A DNA stretch of 58,650 nt from Anaerolineae bacterium (lineage in GTDB: Bacteria > Chloroflexota > Anaerolineae > UBA1429): the NCBI GenBank assembly GCA_007132185.1, contig SLPC01000188.1:1-58650 (forward strand), given 5' to 3'. The translations under genes were made by a program, and so were the position numbers. Below are positions 9,352 through 19,646 of this stretch, one piece after another. Position 1 is the stretch's first letter; every line of letters starts with the position of its first letter. The notes under the pieces are model-generated. The model ran no database searches and had not been told where the DNA came from. It saw nothing but the letters and a program-made list of their open reading frames with translations.

Positions 9352-11883
9352 CTACGGCGGATCAAACGAGTATACGCGGGTGGGCCCGTGGCGGTAGAGC
9401 TCCACGTACGATGGCCCCGTGAGGTTTTGCGGCTCCAGCGGGCCTCCTCGTGTGCCCACAAACAGGTGCGTTACACCCGCCTCGGCAAGGAGCCGCAACA
9501 GAGCGGCATCGTCCAGAGACTCGGTGGTGTCGACGGCCTGGGCGAGTTGGGCAATGGGATCGCGGTAGGATGGCTCTCCGTGAGTGTACAGCAAAGCGGG
9601 AAAGGTCACCCGATGGCCCGTCAGGTAAGGCAGCCACCAGCCCGCATCCGACCCCATGCGCATGTCGCTCATCCACGGGCGGGTGTTGATCAGAATCAGG
9701 CTATCCTGCGGCAGGTTGTCGCCCACCCACGCGATGGCGGGCAGGTCCGTCTCCCGTAGCAGGACCGTGGCCTCGTTCACCCGATCAACCTGGCCCCATG
9801 CACTACTGATGCTGGCGACCGTCAGGCCGAACGTCAATACCGCCGAGAGCGCCACAGCGCCCCCTCGCTTGTGCGCCGCACGGTGTATCCAGTGAATCGG
9901 CCCCAGGGCGAGATCGCTGGCCAGCCAGCCTATGAACAGCCCCGCGGGTAGCCAATAGCTGATAGCGGCGCTGGTTCCGTGGATGAACCAGGTCCCCCGC
10001 AGGCCGAGCCAGCTCAGGTCGCTGAGCAACACGCATGCGGCGACCCAGGCCCCCAGGAGCACCAGATGCCAGCGACGCCGCGCCAGAGCCCAGAGCCATC
10101 CCAGGCCCGCCACGGCAACCCATCGCATCGTACCCTCGGCGCGTAGTAACCCCATGGGCAGCGAGGTCTCGACGCCCTCCGGCGCGGCCCACTGGCCATA
10201 GATAGCGCCAAAGGGCAGCAAGGCCGCCGTCACCATGCGTACCACCCACGGGGCGATGAGGAGCAGCGAACCGGCGGCGAGCGCGAGGCCGAGTACCATC
10301 GTACGTGTGTCGGGCCGGAGCCCCTCGCCGAGGGAGGTGCCCGCCTCTCCTGTGCGACGTGAGACGTGACGCCACAACCCCATCGCAAGCATCGCCCCGC
10401 CATAGACCAGCCAGAAAACCGCATAGAACGTCAGCACGCGATAGTGGGTTAGGGCGAGGCCCGCGATCAACAGCAGCGTCACGAGCCACCTGCCGGGGGT
10501 GAGGCGTGGTTGACGTAGAAGATCGAGGGTCTGGGCCAATAACACCGGCAAGATCAAGAGCCCGGCTAGTTGGGTATAGCGCCCCCAACTGAGGTAGTAG
10601 GCGGGCATATAGGTGACGAAAGCGGGCACCGCCGCCGCGATGACGCCCGCCCACCGCGCGGCCAGTGGTGGCACAGTACGACGGCCTGACAGAGCATGAA
10701 CTGTGAGGGCAAAGACCGGCAGACCCGCCAGCCCCGTCAGGATCTGCCCGAATCCGAGCACGCTGCGATAGGGCGGCAGAGCGGCCAGCCACGTCAGAAC
10801 TGCGGCGTTGGCGTGAAACCCAAAGTGATAGTGAAAGCCCGCGATCGAGATGTAGGGCTCGCCGGTGCGAGGGACCAGGCCCTGCTCGGCGATGAGTTGA
10901 GTCACCAACGTGTGGTGCACCGAGTCCACCCACACGGGCACGATCTGGTTGCGGGCCTGGACCAGGCGCACGATCAACGCCAGGGCGAGGATGGCGATCA
11001 GGGTCATTTCAGGCCAACCCAGCGGCGCCAGCCGGAGATTGCGACCAGAGCGTCTCTTATGCAGATACCCCGCCACCGCCATGATGCCCAGGGCCACGAG
11101 GACGCCCCGGGCCATGTTGGCCGTCATCGGCAGACCGACGGTCGTCGTCCACAGTAGTAGTAGCGGCCAAAAGGCCAGCCCCAACGCCATCAACCAGGCC
11201 GCACACAGCATGGCGTTCATCGGTCGGTGGGGAGGCGCCCAGTGGAGCAGGGCTAATCCAGGCAGGGCCAGCAACAGCGCGGCTACCCCGAGAGCCCCCA
11301 GCCAGGGCGTCAGGATGTCGGGGAGATCGCGGAGCAGGCTGGACAGGGGATAGGCATGGTAGGTGGAAACGACGAGATCGCCATCGATGGGCGCGCCATT
11401 CGCATACTGCTCACCCCCGGCCAGGGCCTCTGTCTGCGAGGCCCACACACCCACGCCATGATCCTGCACGCTGTGCAGGGTAAACCTGTATTGGCGGGCG
11501 GGGCAGTCAAGCTCTGCGGGCACGGGCAGGCGGACACGCTGATTGTTCTGCACCCGGGCGATGGAGACGTATGTGGTGAGCGACGCCTGCTCCGGGCTGT
11601 CGGGACACTCCCACACCACGCGCCACTGGGCGTCGGCAGGGAGCTGCTCATCGGGGCGATAGCGGGCCGCCAGTACCTCGACAGCCTGCAGGCCATCCTT
11701 GGGCGCAAAGAAACTCTGGCCGATAGCGTGGTCGGGGCCTATGGGAGGCGTGGCGTGGGTCCATCGCTCCTGGGCGATCCCTCTGACGGTGCGTGCCGGG
11801 GCCGTGGCCAGTTGCCAGGTCAACGTGCTGGCTGCGGCGATGAGGATCAGCAGCCAACCGCAGGCGCGCGCCCGTTGGCTCAT
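9352..11883 (-). CDS. Large polytopic membrane protein, putative GT-C-type glycosyltransferase / surface-glycan protein (DUF6541-like)
   Basis: N-terminal extracellular domain, many TM helices, WVDSVHH and YHFGFH motifs in the first large loop, and a C-terminal soluble domain (DAGWWLP). ATGA overlap with the mutS stop. Confidence 0.55.
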   Translation of the reverse strand: MSQRARACGWLLILIAAASTLTWQLATAPARTVRGIAQERWTHATPPIGPDHAIGQSFFAPKDGLQAVEVLAARYRPDEQLPADAQWRVVWECPDSPEQASLTTYVSIARVQNNQRVRLPVPAELDCPARQYRFTLHSVQDHGVGVWASQTEALAGGEQYANGAPIDGDLVVSTYHAYPLSSLLRDLPDILTPWLGALGVAALLLALPGLALLHWAPPHRPMNAMLCAAWLMALGLAFWPLLLLWTTTVGLPMTANMARGVLVALGIMAVAGYLHKRRSGRNLRLAPLGWPEMTLIAILALALIVRLVQARNQIVPVWVDSVHHTLVTQLIAEQGLVPRTGEPYISIAGFHYHFGFHANAAVLTWLAALPPYRSVLGFGQILTGLAGLPVFALTVHALSGRRTVPPLAARWAGVIAAAVPAFVTYMPAYYLSWGRYTQLAGLLILPVLLAQTLDLLRQPRLTPGRWLVTLLLIAGLALTHYRVLTFYAVFWLVYGGAMLAMGLWRHVSRRTGEAGTSLGEGLRPDTRTMVLGLALAAGSLLLIAPWVVRMVTAALLPFGAIYGQWAAPEGVETSLPMGLLRAEGTMRWVAVAGLGWLWALARRRWHLVLLGAWVAACVLLSDLSWLGLRGTWFIHGTSAAISYWLPAGLFIGWLASDLALGPIHWIHRAAHKRGGAVALSAVLTFGLTVASISSAWGQVDRVNEATVLLRETDLPAIAWVGDNLPQDSLILINTRPWMSDMRMGSDAGWWLPYLTGHRVTFPALLYTHGEPSYRDPIAQLAQAVDTTESLDDAALLRLLAEAGVTHLFVGTRGGPLEPQNLTGPSYVELYRHGPTRVYSFDPP

Positions 11884-14546
11884 GGCTGGGCCTTGCGATA
11901 GAGGTCGGCCAGCTTGTTGAGCGCCTCGAGGGGCGAAAGGCTGTCGATGTCGAGCTGGCGCAACTCTTCGATCACGGGGTCCTTTTCCTGCATCAGGGGC
12001 AGTTGGCGGACGTGGATCACCGTGGCGCCCGAGGAGACCGGCACCTGACGCGCGGCGCCCTCGAGCTCGGCCAGGATCTCGCTGGCTCGGGAGATCACGG
12101 CCTGGGGCATGCCCGCCATCTCGGCCACATGGATGCCATAGCTGCGGTCGGCCCCGCCCGGGACGATATAGTGGGTGAACACCACCTGGTCGCCCTGATG
12201 CTGGACGGCCACATTCTCGTTGCAGACGTACTCCAGCGACCCTTCCAGCTCGGTGAGCTCGTGATAGTGGGTGGCAAAGAGCGTCTTGGGGCGCAGGTTG
12301 GGGTGGTTGTGCAGGTATTCGACCACGGCCCAGGCGATAGAGACACCGTCATAGGTGCTGGTGCCGCGCCCAATCTCGTCCAGAATCAAGAGGCTGCGGT
12401 CGGTGGCGTGATTCAGGATATTGGCCATCTCGACCATCTCGACCATAAAGGTGCTCTGGCCGGCGGCGATCTCGTCTTGGGCGCCAACGCGGGCAAAGAT
12501 GCGATCGACCAGCCCGATAGTGGCGGCCTTGGCGGGCACAAAGGAACCGATCTGGGCCATGAGGGTGATCAGCGCTGTTTGGCGCAGATAGGTGGACTTG
12601 CCGCTCATATTGGGCCCCGTGATGATATGGATGGCCTTTTCGGGGCTGAGATGTACATCGTTAGGGACGAACGTCCCCGAGGGCAGGGTGTGCTCCACCA
12701 CCGGATGGCGGCCCGCTTCGATCCGGATGGTGCGCTCCATTCCGAGCTGCGGGCGCACATAATTGTACTCGGCAGCAACATGGGCCAGGGCCAGATAGAC
12801 GTCCAGGTGAGCGATGGCGTTGGCGGTCTGCATCACTCGCTCCGCCATCGCGCCCAGTTGCTCGAGCAACTCGCTATAGAGCTGCACCTCCAGCTCGTGA
12901 GCTCGTTCCTCGGCATTCAGGATCAGGGCCTCGTGCTCTTTGAGCTCTGGCGTGATATAACGCTCGGCGTTCACCAGGGTCTGCTTGCGAATATACTCGT
13001 CGGGCACCGCCTCGGTGTGGGCGTTGGTCACCTCGAGATAGTAGCCAAAGACCTTGTTGAACCCCACTTTGAGGCTCTTGATGCCGGTGCGCTCACGCTC
13101 AGAGCGCTCCAGGCTCGCCACCCAGCGTCGCGCCTCGGCCGCTGAGGCTTCGATGCCGTCCCGCTCCTTGGAGTACCCCTCTCGGATCACGCGGCCACCG
13201 CTCAGCGTAGCCGGCGGATCATCCGCGATGGCAGAGGCGATCAGAGTTGATACCTCGGGGCAGCAGTCTAGGGCCGTCCCATCCAGCGGATAGAGGCTCT
13301 CACCGCCCAGCAACTGGTTCTCTCTGGCCAGGGCCGCAGCGCTCTCGGCCAGCTCGGCGGTGCGCTCCAGCCCGGTCTGCAGGGCGGCCAGATCGCGTGG
13401 GCTAGCGTTGCGCTGAATCACGCGCCCAACGGTGCGCTCCAGATCGCCCAGTCCCCGCAGCAAACGACGCAGCTCCATGCGGCGTGCCAGGTTGCCATAG
13501 CAGACATCGACGGCCGTGAGGCGCTGCTCCAGCCTGGCCTTGTCCAGCAGCGGCTGGCTTAGCCAGCGACGCAACAGCCGTCCCCCCATGGGCGTCAGCG
13601 TGTGATCCAGCACCCAGAGGAGCGACCCCTCGCGAGCGCGGTCGCGGATCGTCTCTGTCAGCTCCAGGTTGCGGCGGGTGGACAGATCCAGCGTCATGAA
13701 CCGGTCGGTCGAGTAGGTGGTGAGCTGCACCAGTTGCCCAAGGGCGGCGGGCTGGCTTTGCTTGAGGTATTGAACGAGCACGCCGGCCGCGCGGGTGGCA
13801 AGGGCCAACTCCTCGCAGCCAAAGCCCGCCAGCGTCGTGACGGAAAGATGTTCCAGGAGCGCCTGCCGAGAGATGTCGTACTCGTAGCGCCAATCCTCAT
13901 ACAGAGTAAAGGCCGAGGGCAGGGCGGCCAGCTCGGGGTGGCGACGATGGGCCTCGCGGGTGTGCGCCTCACCCTGCTCATAGCAGGGGTCGCCCCCATC
14001 GCTCAGGATGATCTCGGCGGGCGCCAGGCGATCCAGCTCCCGCAGCAGAGCGCCGCCGGCCGGGCCGCCCTTGTCGCTGAGCTGGGTGGTGGCAAACTCG
14101 CCCGTGGTGATGTCAGCATAGGCCAGGCCGGTCCGCGAGCCCTCGCGCACCACCGCGCAGAGATAGTTGTTGCGGCTGTCATCCAGCAGCCCGGGCTCGA
14201 CCACGGTGCCCGGCGTTACGACCCGCACCACCTCGCGCTGCATTAGCCCGTTGATTGGCTCATCGCTCACCTGCTCGCAGATGGCGACCTTGAACCCTTT
14301 GGCGATCAAGCCAGCGATATAGCCCTCGGCAGCGTGGTGGGGGACGCCCGCCATCGGGATGCGCTGCCCCTTGGCCACGTTGCGCGAGGTGAGAACCACA
14401 TCCAGATGCTCGGCCACCGTGTGAGCGTCCTCGTCAAAGGTCTCGTAAAAGTCTCCCAGCCGAAAGAACAGAATCGCGTCGGGATACTCGCGCTTGATGT
14501 CGAGATACTGCTGGCGGATGGGCGTCGCTGCGGGTGCCGGAGACAT
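11880..14546 (-). CDS. mutS: DNA mismatch repair protein MutS1
   Basis: TPIRQQY..K, FFRLGDFYETF, Walker A TGPNMSGKST, STFMVEM, DEIGRGTST, FATHYHEL, SYGIHVA. Start placed at ATG 14546, since the longer track start overlaps the upstream gene. Confidence 0.97.
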   Translation of the reverse strand: MSPAPAATPIRQQYLDIKREYPDAILFFRLGDFYETFDEDAHTVAEHLDVVLTSRNVAKGQRIPMAGVPHHAAEGYIAGLIAKGFKVAICEQVSDEPINGLMQREVVRVVTPGTVVEPGLLDDSRNNYLCAVVREGSRTGLAYADITTGEFATTQLSDKGGPAGGALLRELDRLAPAEIILSDGGDPCYEQGEAHTREAHRRHPELAALPSAFTLYEDWRYEYDISRQALLEHLSVTTLAGFGCEELALATRAAGVLVQYLKQSQPAALGQLVQLTTYSTDRFMTLDLSTRRNLELTETIRDRAREGSLLWVLDHTLTPMGGRLLRRWLSQPLLDKARLEQRLTAVDVCYGNLARRMELRRLLRGLGDLERTVGRVIQRNASPRDLAALQTGLERTAELAESAAALARENQLLGGESLYPLDGTALDCCPEVSTLIASAIADDPPATLSGGRVIREGYSKERDGIEASAAEARRWVASLERSERERTGIKSLKVGFNKVFGYYLEVTNAHTEAVPDEYIRKQTLVNAERYITPELKEHEALILNAEERAHELEVQLYSELLEQLGAMAERVMQTANAIAHLDVYLALAHVAAEYNYVRPQLGMERTIRIEAGRHPVVEHTLPSGTFVPNDVHLSPEKAIHIITGPNMSGKSTYLRQTALITLMAQIGSFVPAKAATIGLVDRIFARVGAQDEIAAGQSTFMVEMVEMANILNHATDRSLLILDEIGRGTSTYDGVSIAWAVVEYLHNHPNLRPKTLFATHYHELTELEGSLEYVCNENVAVQHQGDQVVFTHYIVPGGADRSYGIHVAEMAGMPQAVISRASEILAELEGAARQVPVSSGATVIHVRQLPLMQEKDPVIEELRQLDIDSLSPLEALNKLADLYRKAQP

Positions 14547-14577
14547 CGAGGCTCGATCCTTTCGTGTGTCAGCGCGC

Positions 14578-15918
14578 CTACCACTCGCGGGCCAGGAGAG
14601 CCTCTGGCCCCGAGGACAACAGATCGGGTGTGATGGTCCATTCGTTGCCTGTCCCGGGTCGCAGTTTGCTGCCCAGCGCCGCATAAAAAGCGACGCGCTC
14701 CCGACGATCGGGCAGCCAGCCTCGGGCCCACTCGCTCAGATAGCCGATCCCATGCAGGCGCTGGAGGACGGTATGAGCATGGATCAGATCGGCGCCCGCG
14801 ATGAACTGGCCCGCAAAAGGCGCCAGAGCGGGCACGCGCAGATCATCCAGCAGCAACTGGCCGGGCTTGTTCATCTCCGTGCCGATGAACACTGGCAGCC
14901 CCAGGTCGCTGGCCAGGTCTAATGTGGCATGCAGACGCCGAACCAATTCCTGTTGCAGGGTCGTGTCGTTTACATTCCAGTTGCGATCGGGTATGACCAC
15001 CAGGCCGAGCGTCCCTCGCTCGATCAGGCTCTCCAGCAGGGCAGCCATGTCGGCCTCGCCGTTGCTCTGGCCGTCGAGAAAAGCATAGCAGGGCAGAGCG
15101 CCACAGGCGGTCATGGCGGCAATGACCGTGTCCAGCGGGGGAAAGGCTTCCGGCCCGGGCGCCATATAGCCCACGCCGCCCTGCTTCATGAGCCTGGCGC
15201 GAATGGCGTCATGAGGATGGGGCTCGTCGCCGAGAAAGGCATCCACATCATCGGCGGGCATGTCGAGTTTGTCCGCCCAAAAGGCAACCAACAGAGCTCT
15301 TTGCGCAAAGTGACGCCGGGCCACGGCATCGTACGCGATCAGCAGGTGGCGCTCGGTGGCATTGCCCGTAGGCGTCAGCGGCACCACATCCCGCTCATAG
15401 TCTACCGCCACGGGCGCCAGGTAGTCGTTGAGCAGCGCCACCATCTCGCGGTTGCGCGCCTCGGCCCGCGCCCGCAGATCGTCCAGCACGGGGCGTGCTG
15501 CCGGCGGTGCGATGCTCGAGCCGAATCCTATGCCCACATAGTACATGACCCCGGGCTCGCCGGGAGAGTTAAAGACCGCGTCTGGCCGATCGGGCAGATA
15601 GACCCGGGTCTCGATGCCCGCCGCGCCGCGCACGCCTACCTGGGCACAGGCCCACAGGGTCTCGTCCACGCCGTCCAGCACATCAAAGTCCACCGTGCCC
15701 AGCGCGTACCAGCCCTGGGAGCGGGCCAGCCACGCCAGAGAAGAGGGCGAATGGCCATAGCCGTTGTAGGAATAGATCGTGTGGCAGTGCAGGTTCACCC
15801 CCCGCTGCACCGCAGGCCGTGTGTCCTGCGGCGGCAGGGACCCCGCAACGAGGCGCAGAAGGATCTCTCGTCGCGTTTTTGCAGAAGGATCAGTCAGGGC
15901 GTGGATATCTTGCTGCAC
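14578..15918 (-). CDS. PHP-domain metal-dependent phosphoesterase-like protein
   Basis: NLHCHTIYS motif, VDFDVLDG, GIETRV, and the RARAEARNREM helical insert typical of TrpH/YciV-like PHPs. Confidence 0.65.
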   Translation of the reverse strand: MQQDIHALTDPSAKTRREILLRLVAGSLPPQDTRPAVQRGVNLHCHTIYSYNGYGHSPSSLAWLARSQGWYALGTVDFDVLDGVDETLWACAQVGVRGAAGIETRVYLPDRPDAVFNSPGEPGVMYYVGIGFGSSIAPPAARPVLDDLRARAEARNREMVALLNDYLAPVAVDYERDVVPLTPTGNATERHLLIAYDAVARRHFAQRALLVAFWADKLDMPADDVDAFLGDEPHPHDAIRARLMKQGGVGYMAPGPEAFPPLDTVIAAMTACGALPCYAFLDGQSNGEADMAALLESLIERGTLGLVVIPDRNWNVNDTTLQQELVRRLHATLDLASDLGLPVFIGTEMNKPGQLLLDDLRVPALAPFAGQFIAGADLIHAHTVLQRLHGIGYLSEWARGWLPDRRERVAFYAALGSKLRPGTGNEWTITPDLLSSGPEALLAREW

Positions 15919-15963
15919 CGGAACCTCATCCTGTGTGTTGCGTCAAGGGCGGCGTCAGGCCCA

Positions 15964-15992
15964 ACTATACTCGGGCATCAGGCTATTGCCAA
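15964..15992 (-). promoter_or_regulatory. Sigma70-type promoter for the PHP-mutS-membrane protein operon
   Basis: Minus strand reads TTGGCA-17 bp-TATAGT. Confidence 0.5.
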
Positions 15993-16032
15993 CCATGGCC
16001 ACCGTTGCGGCCAGAATTGGGCCTGGCATGCA

Positions 16033-16070
16033 CAACCCCCCTCTGTTGCGCACTGGCAGAAGGGGGGTTG
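16033..16070 (-). terminator. GC-rich hairpin downstream of the dehydrogenase gene
   Basis: CAACCCCCCTCTG...CAGAAGGGGGGTTG inverted repeat with one bulge, 18 nt after the stop. The U tract is weak. Confidence 0.55.
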
Positions 16071-16088
16071 AGAGTTTCGATGATGAAC

Positions 16089-17042
16089 CTAGTTGACGAC
16101 GTTCTGGGGCTCGCCGTCGATAAAGGCAGCCACATTGTCCACCGTGGTCTGCATCAGACGTGCGCGCGCCGAGCGGGTCGCCCATGAGATATGCGGTGTG
16201 ATATAGCAGTTCTTGGCGTTGAGTAGGGGGTGATCCAGGGGCGGCGGCTCCACGTCCAGCACATCCAGCCCCGCGCCCGCAATCTGCTCATTGTTCAGCG
16301 CCTCGGCCAGCGCTGCATTGTCGATCACCGGCCCACGGCTCGTGTTGACGACAAAAGCCGAGCTCTTCATCAACGTGAGGGTGTCGGCGTTCAACATGCC
16401 CTCGGTCTCGGGCGTCAGGGGCGTGTGGAAGGTGACGACATCGGCGCTCCGGAGCAGATCCTCAAAGCTCACCATGTTCACCTCGGGGTCGCCGGGGTCG
16501 CTCACATACTCGTCAAAGGCAATGATCTTCATGCCAAAGGCCTTGGCGACCTCGCCTACGGCACGGCCGATGCGCCCAAACCCGACCACGCCCATGGTCA
16601 GGCCGTCCAGCTCGATCATGGGAAAGTCCCAGTAGCACCAGTCATCCGAGCGTGACCAGCGGCCCTCGGCCACGGTCTGTGCATGGTGGGCCACATGCTG
16701 TGTAAAGTTCAGCACATGGGCCATAACCATCTGCGCCACCGACTGGGTGCCATAGGTGGGGATATTCGATACCGGGATGTCCCTTTCGCGGGCCGCATCC
16801 GTGTCGATGATGTTGTAACCAGTAGCGAGCACGCTAATGTACTTGAGGTTGGGGAGCTGGTCCATTACCTCACGGTCGATCACGACCTTGTTGGTGAGGA
16901 TGATATCGGCGTCCTTGGCTCGCTCGACCACCAACTCGTCCGGTGTGCGATCATAGATTTCGGTGTCGCCCAGATCCTTTAGGCCTTCCCAGCTGAGATC
17001 GCCAGGGTTAAGGGTTCCCCCATCCAGAACCACAATCTTCAT
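16089..17042 (-). CDS. D-2-hydroxyacid dehydrogenase (glycerate dehydrogenase / hydroxypyruvate reductase-like)
   Basis: MKIVVLDGGTLNPGDLSW, LATGYN, Rossmann GFGRIG, NTSRG, DVLDVEPP, TPHISW. Confidence 0.9.
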   Translation of the reverse strand: MKIVVLDGGTLNPGDLSWEGLKDLGDTEIYDRTPDELVVERAKDADIILTNKVVIDREVMDQLPNLKYISVLATGYNIIDTDAARERDIPVSNIPTYGTQSVAQMVMAHVLNFTQHVAHHAQTVAEGRWSRSDDWCYWDFPMIELDGLTMGVVGFGRIGRAVGEVAKAFGMKIIAFDEYVSDPGDPEVNMVSFEDLLRSADVVTFHTPLTPETEGMLNADTLTLMKSSAFVVNTSRGPVIDNAALAEALNNEQIAGAGLDVLDVEPPPLDHPLLNAKNCYITPHISWATRSARARLMQTTVDNVAAFIDGEPQNVVN

Positions 17043-17224
17043 GCGTCTCCTTTCTCAATCATCTCGGTACCACGCAGGTTGCCGTGTCGCATCGCTACCC
17101 TGCGTGGCGAACGGGTCATCCATCCGATAGCTTCATCATATACGTTTTGGCGGAGTGCGCAAGTGGCCTGGGCACCAGCCGCAATGGTGCTAGAATAGAC
17201 TGACTCAGCTAGCCCGCGCTCCAG

Positions 17225-17253
17225 TTGGCAGCCTCCCCGCCTTACGGTATAGT
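17225..17253 (+). promoter_or_regulatory. Sigma70-type promoter for the AEC transporter-peptidase genes
   Basis: TTGGCA-17 bp-TATAGT. Confidence 0.5.
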
Positions 17254-17285
17254 CTGCGACGAACCATCTATGACAGGAGCCCACC

Positions 17286-18194
17286 TTGCCGCTTGCCTGG
17301 AACATCTTTGCCAATAACGTTCTTCCGGCCTTTGTCGTAATCGGTATCGGCGTGCTCATCGACCGGCGGATGACCGTTGACAAGCGCACCCTTTCGCGGC
17401 TGGCGATCTATATTCTGACGCCCAGCCTGGTGTTCTCGTCCATCGTTCAGTCTGAGGTAGATCCGGCTCAATTCGGGCTCATGATCCTCTATGTTCTGGT
17501 ATTTACGATCGCCATGTGTCTAATCGGGCTGGGCGTTGGACGATTGCTCGGTTGGACGCGCAAGGCCGCTAATGCGCTTGTGCTCAGCATCGCCTTTACC
17601 AACTCGGGCAATCTGGGTCTCTCGATCATTCTATTTACCTTTGGCATCGATGGCTTTGGTCTGGGGGCCGCCTTTTTTGTGGCAACGAACCTGACTACGA
17701 ACACCTTTGCCGCATTCTTTGCCGCCCATGGTCGAGGCACACTCAAACAAACCTTTTTACAGGTGCTCAAGCTCCCGGGAATCTATGCCTTTGTCCTCGC
17801 CCTATTGCTGCGCGGCGGTCCCGAGCTGCCACTGGTCGTCATGCGACCCGTCAGCCTTATTGGACAGGCACAGATCCCCATCATGCTCATGATGTTGGGT
17901 GTGCAGCTCTCGCAGACCGAGTTTGGCCGACAATACAAAGAGATCTCGGTAGGCGTCGGGCTACGCTTGATCGGTGGCGCAGCAGTAGCTATGGTGCTGG
18001 CGCCCCTGATCGGGCTGACCGGTCTGGCGCGCCAGGTCGCCATCGCCCAATCGTCTATGCCGGCCGCGGTAAGCGCGGCTCTCATGGCCATCGAGTTCGA
18101 TGCTGAAGCGGACTATGTGGCCAGTGTGATCTTTTTCTCGACGCTATTCAGTAGCATTACGATGAGCATTCTTCTGACGCTGTTGGTGAGCTAA
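17286..18194 (+). CDS. AEC (auxin efflux carrier) family transporter
   Basis: About 10 TM helices, FTNSGNLGL, SSMPAAV, and C-terminal STLFSSIT. TTG start after AGGAG. Confidence 0.88.
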   Translation: MPLAWNIFANNVLPAFVVIGIGVLIDRRMTVDKRTLSRLAIYILTPSLVFSSIVQSEVDPAQFGLMILYVLVFTIAMCLIGLGVGRLLGWTRKAANALVLSIAFTNSGNLGLSIILFTFGIDGFGLGAAFFVATNLTTNTFAAFFAAHGRGTLKQTFLQVLKLPGIYAFVLALLLRGGPELPLVVMRPVSLIGQAQIPIMLMMLGVQLSQTEFGRQYKEISVGVGLRLIGGAAVAMVLAPLIGLTGLARQVAIAQSSMPAAVSAALMAIEFDAEADYVASVIFFSTLFSSITMSILLTLLVS

Positions 18195-18227
18195 CCACAG
18201 CCCCATGAAAGGAAAGGGGAGCGGGCT

Positions 18228-19604
18228 ATGATGGAACCGGAACGCTATCTCGATGAGCATCAGCCGACCTATGTAGAGGAACTGCGGGCCTTTTTGTCCA
18301 TCCCCAGCATCTCGGCGCTGCCTGAATATGCTGGCGACGTGCGTCGTGCCGGAGAGTGGGTGGCAGAGCGCCTGGCGCGTGCGGGCGCAGAACATGTCCA
18401 ACTGATGGAGACGGGCGGGCACCCGGTTGTGTATGGCGATTGGCTGCATGCCCCAGGGCGCCCCACCGTCCTGATCTATGGCCATTTCGACACTCAGCCC
18501 GCCGATCCCCTGGAGCAGTGGGACCATCCCCCCTTTGCGCCCCACATCGACGGCGACCGCATCTATGCGCGTGGTGCCACTGATAACAAGGGCAACATGT
18601 TGGTGCCGATCTTGGCTACCGAGGCTCTGTTGGCGACCCGTCAGGCATTGCCGCTGAACGTCAAATTCCTGTTCGAAGGACAGGAAGAGATCGGCAGTCC
18701 CCAGCTCTCGGCGTTCATCCAGGCCCATCGCGAACTGCTGGACTGCGATCTGGTGATCAACGCGGATATCGGTCAGCATAGCGAGACCCAGCCTGCCCTG
18801 AGTGTGGGGCTGCGGGGCATCTGCGGCCTGCAGCTCGACATGCGTGGCCCCAACCGTGACGTGCATTCGGGCGGCTCTGGCGGAGCGATCCAGAATCCGC
18901 TGCACGCCATGGCGCGGCTCCTGAGCTCGATGCGCAATACCGAGGGCAAGATCATGGTGCAAGGATTCTATGCCGATGTGCGGCCGCTAAGCGATGAGGA
19001 GAGGGATACCATTGCGGCGGTCCCCTACGATGAGCAAGAGTACATGGCCGGCCTGGGCATCGCCGAGTTCTATGGCGAGCCCGGCTACACCACGCGCGAG
19101 CGGACCTGGGCACGCCCAACGCTGGAGGTCAACGGCCTGTGGGGAGGGTTTATCGGCGAGGGTACCAAGACCGTGATCCCCAGCGAGGCCCATGCAAAGA
19201 TCACCTGCCGTTTGGTGCCCGATCAGGACCCGGCGCAGATCATGGAGGCGATCCGCCAGCATGTGGCCCGCCACACGCCGCCGGGGGTTACCATCGCCGT
19301 CAGCAGCGCCGACGAGGGCTCGCGGGCCTATCTGGTGCCGGCGGACCACCCGGGTCTGCGCATCGCCGGAGAGGTATTATCGGCGCTCTATGGCCGTGAG
19401 CCTTACCTGGAGCGCACGGGCGGCAGTGTGCCCATCATGAGCTTTTTCCTCGAGCATCTGGGCGCCTATGCCGTGAACTTTGGTTTTGGGCTGCCCGATG
19501 AGAATGTCCATTCGCCCAACGAGTTCTACCGCCTCTCCAGCTTCCGCCGTGGGCAGGGCGCCTTCCTGGTGCTGCTGGAGCGATTGGCTGAGGAGAAACT
19601 GTAA
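18228..19604 (+). CDS. M20-family dipeptidase (ArgE/DapE-like)
   Basis: YGHFDTQP, ARGATDNKG, EGQEEIGSP, DVHSG, GGSVP, HSPNE. Confidence 0.92.
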   Translation: MMEPERYLDEHQPTYVEELRAFLSIPSISALPEYAGDVRRAGEWVAERLARAGAEHVQLMETGGHPVVYGDWLHAPGRPTVLIYGHFDTQPADPLEQWDHPPFAPHIDGDRIYARGATDNKGNMLVPILATEALLATRQALPLNVKFLFEGQEEIGSPQLSAFIQAHRELLDCDLVINADIGQHSETQPALSVGLRGICGLQLDMRGPNRDVHSGGSGGAIQNPLHAMARLLSSMRNTEGKIMVQGFYADVRPLSDEERDTIAAVPYDEQEYMAGLGIAEFYGEPGYTTRERTWARPTLEVNGLWGGFIGEGTKTVIPSEAHAKITCRLVPDQDPAQIMEAIRQHVARHTPPGVTIAVSSADEGSRAYLVPADHPGLRIAGEVLSALYGREPYLERTGGSVPIMSFFLEHLGAYAVNFGFGLPDENVHSPNEFYRLSSFRRGQGAFLVLLERLAEEKL

Positions 19605-19646
19605 GGGACGCTAGCGACCGCCAGATGCCCCTGCGGCGTGCGCGTC

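Noticed and set aside
12003-13145. Long antisense ORFs (for example 12003-13145, 14929-16071, 21279-22232, 27972-28868, 44240-45124)
   Set aside because: These are shadow ORFs opposite well-supported genes, expected in high-GC DNA, and show no recognisable motifs.
14547-14684. N-terminal extensions in the ORF track (mutS, rpsB, enolase-like, CMK-like 1, peptidase, RraA and others)
   Set aside because: They overlap neighbouring genes or promoters. Downstream starts have clear SD sequences and match family N-termini.
16089-17042. Hydroxypyruvate reductase, glycerate kinase and enolase as a serine-cycle-like pathway
   Set aside because: The dehydrogenase is about 9 kb from the other two in a separate unit, and the enolase homolog lacks canonical catalytic residues.
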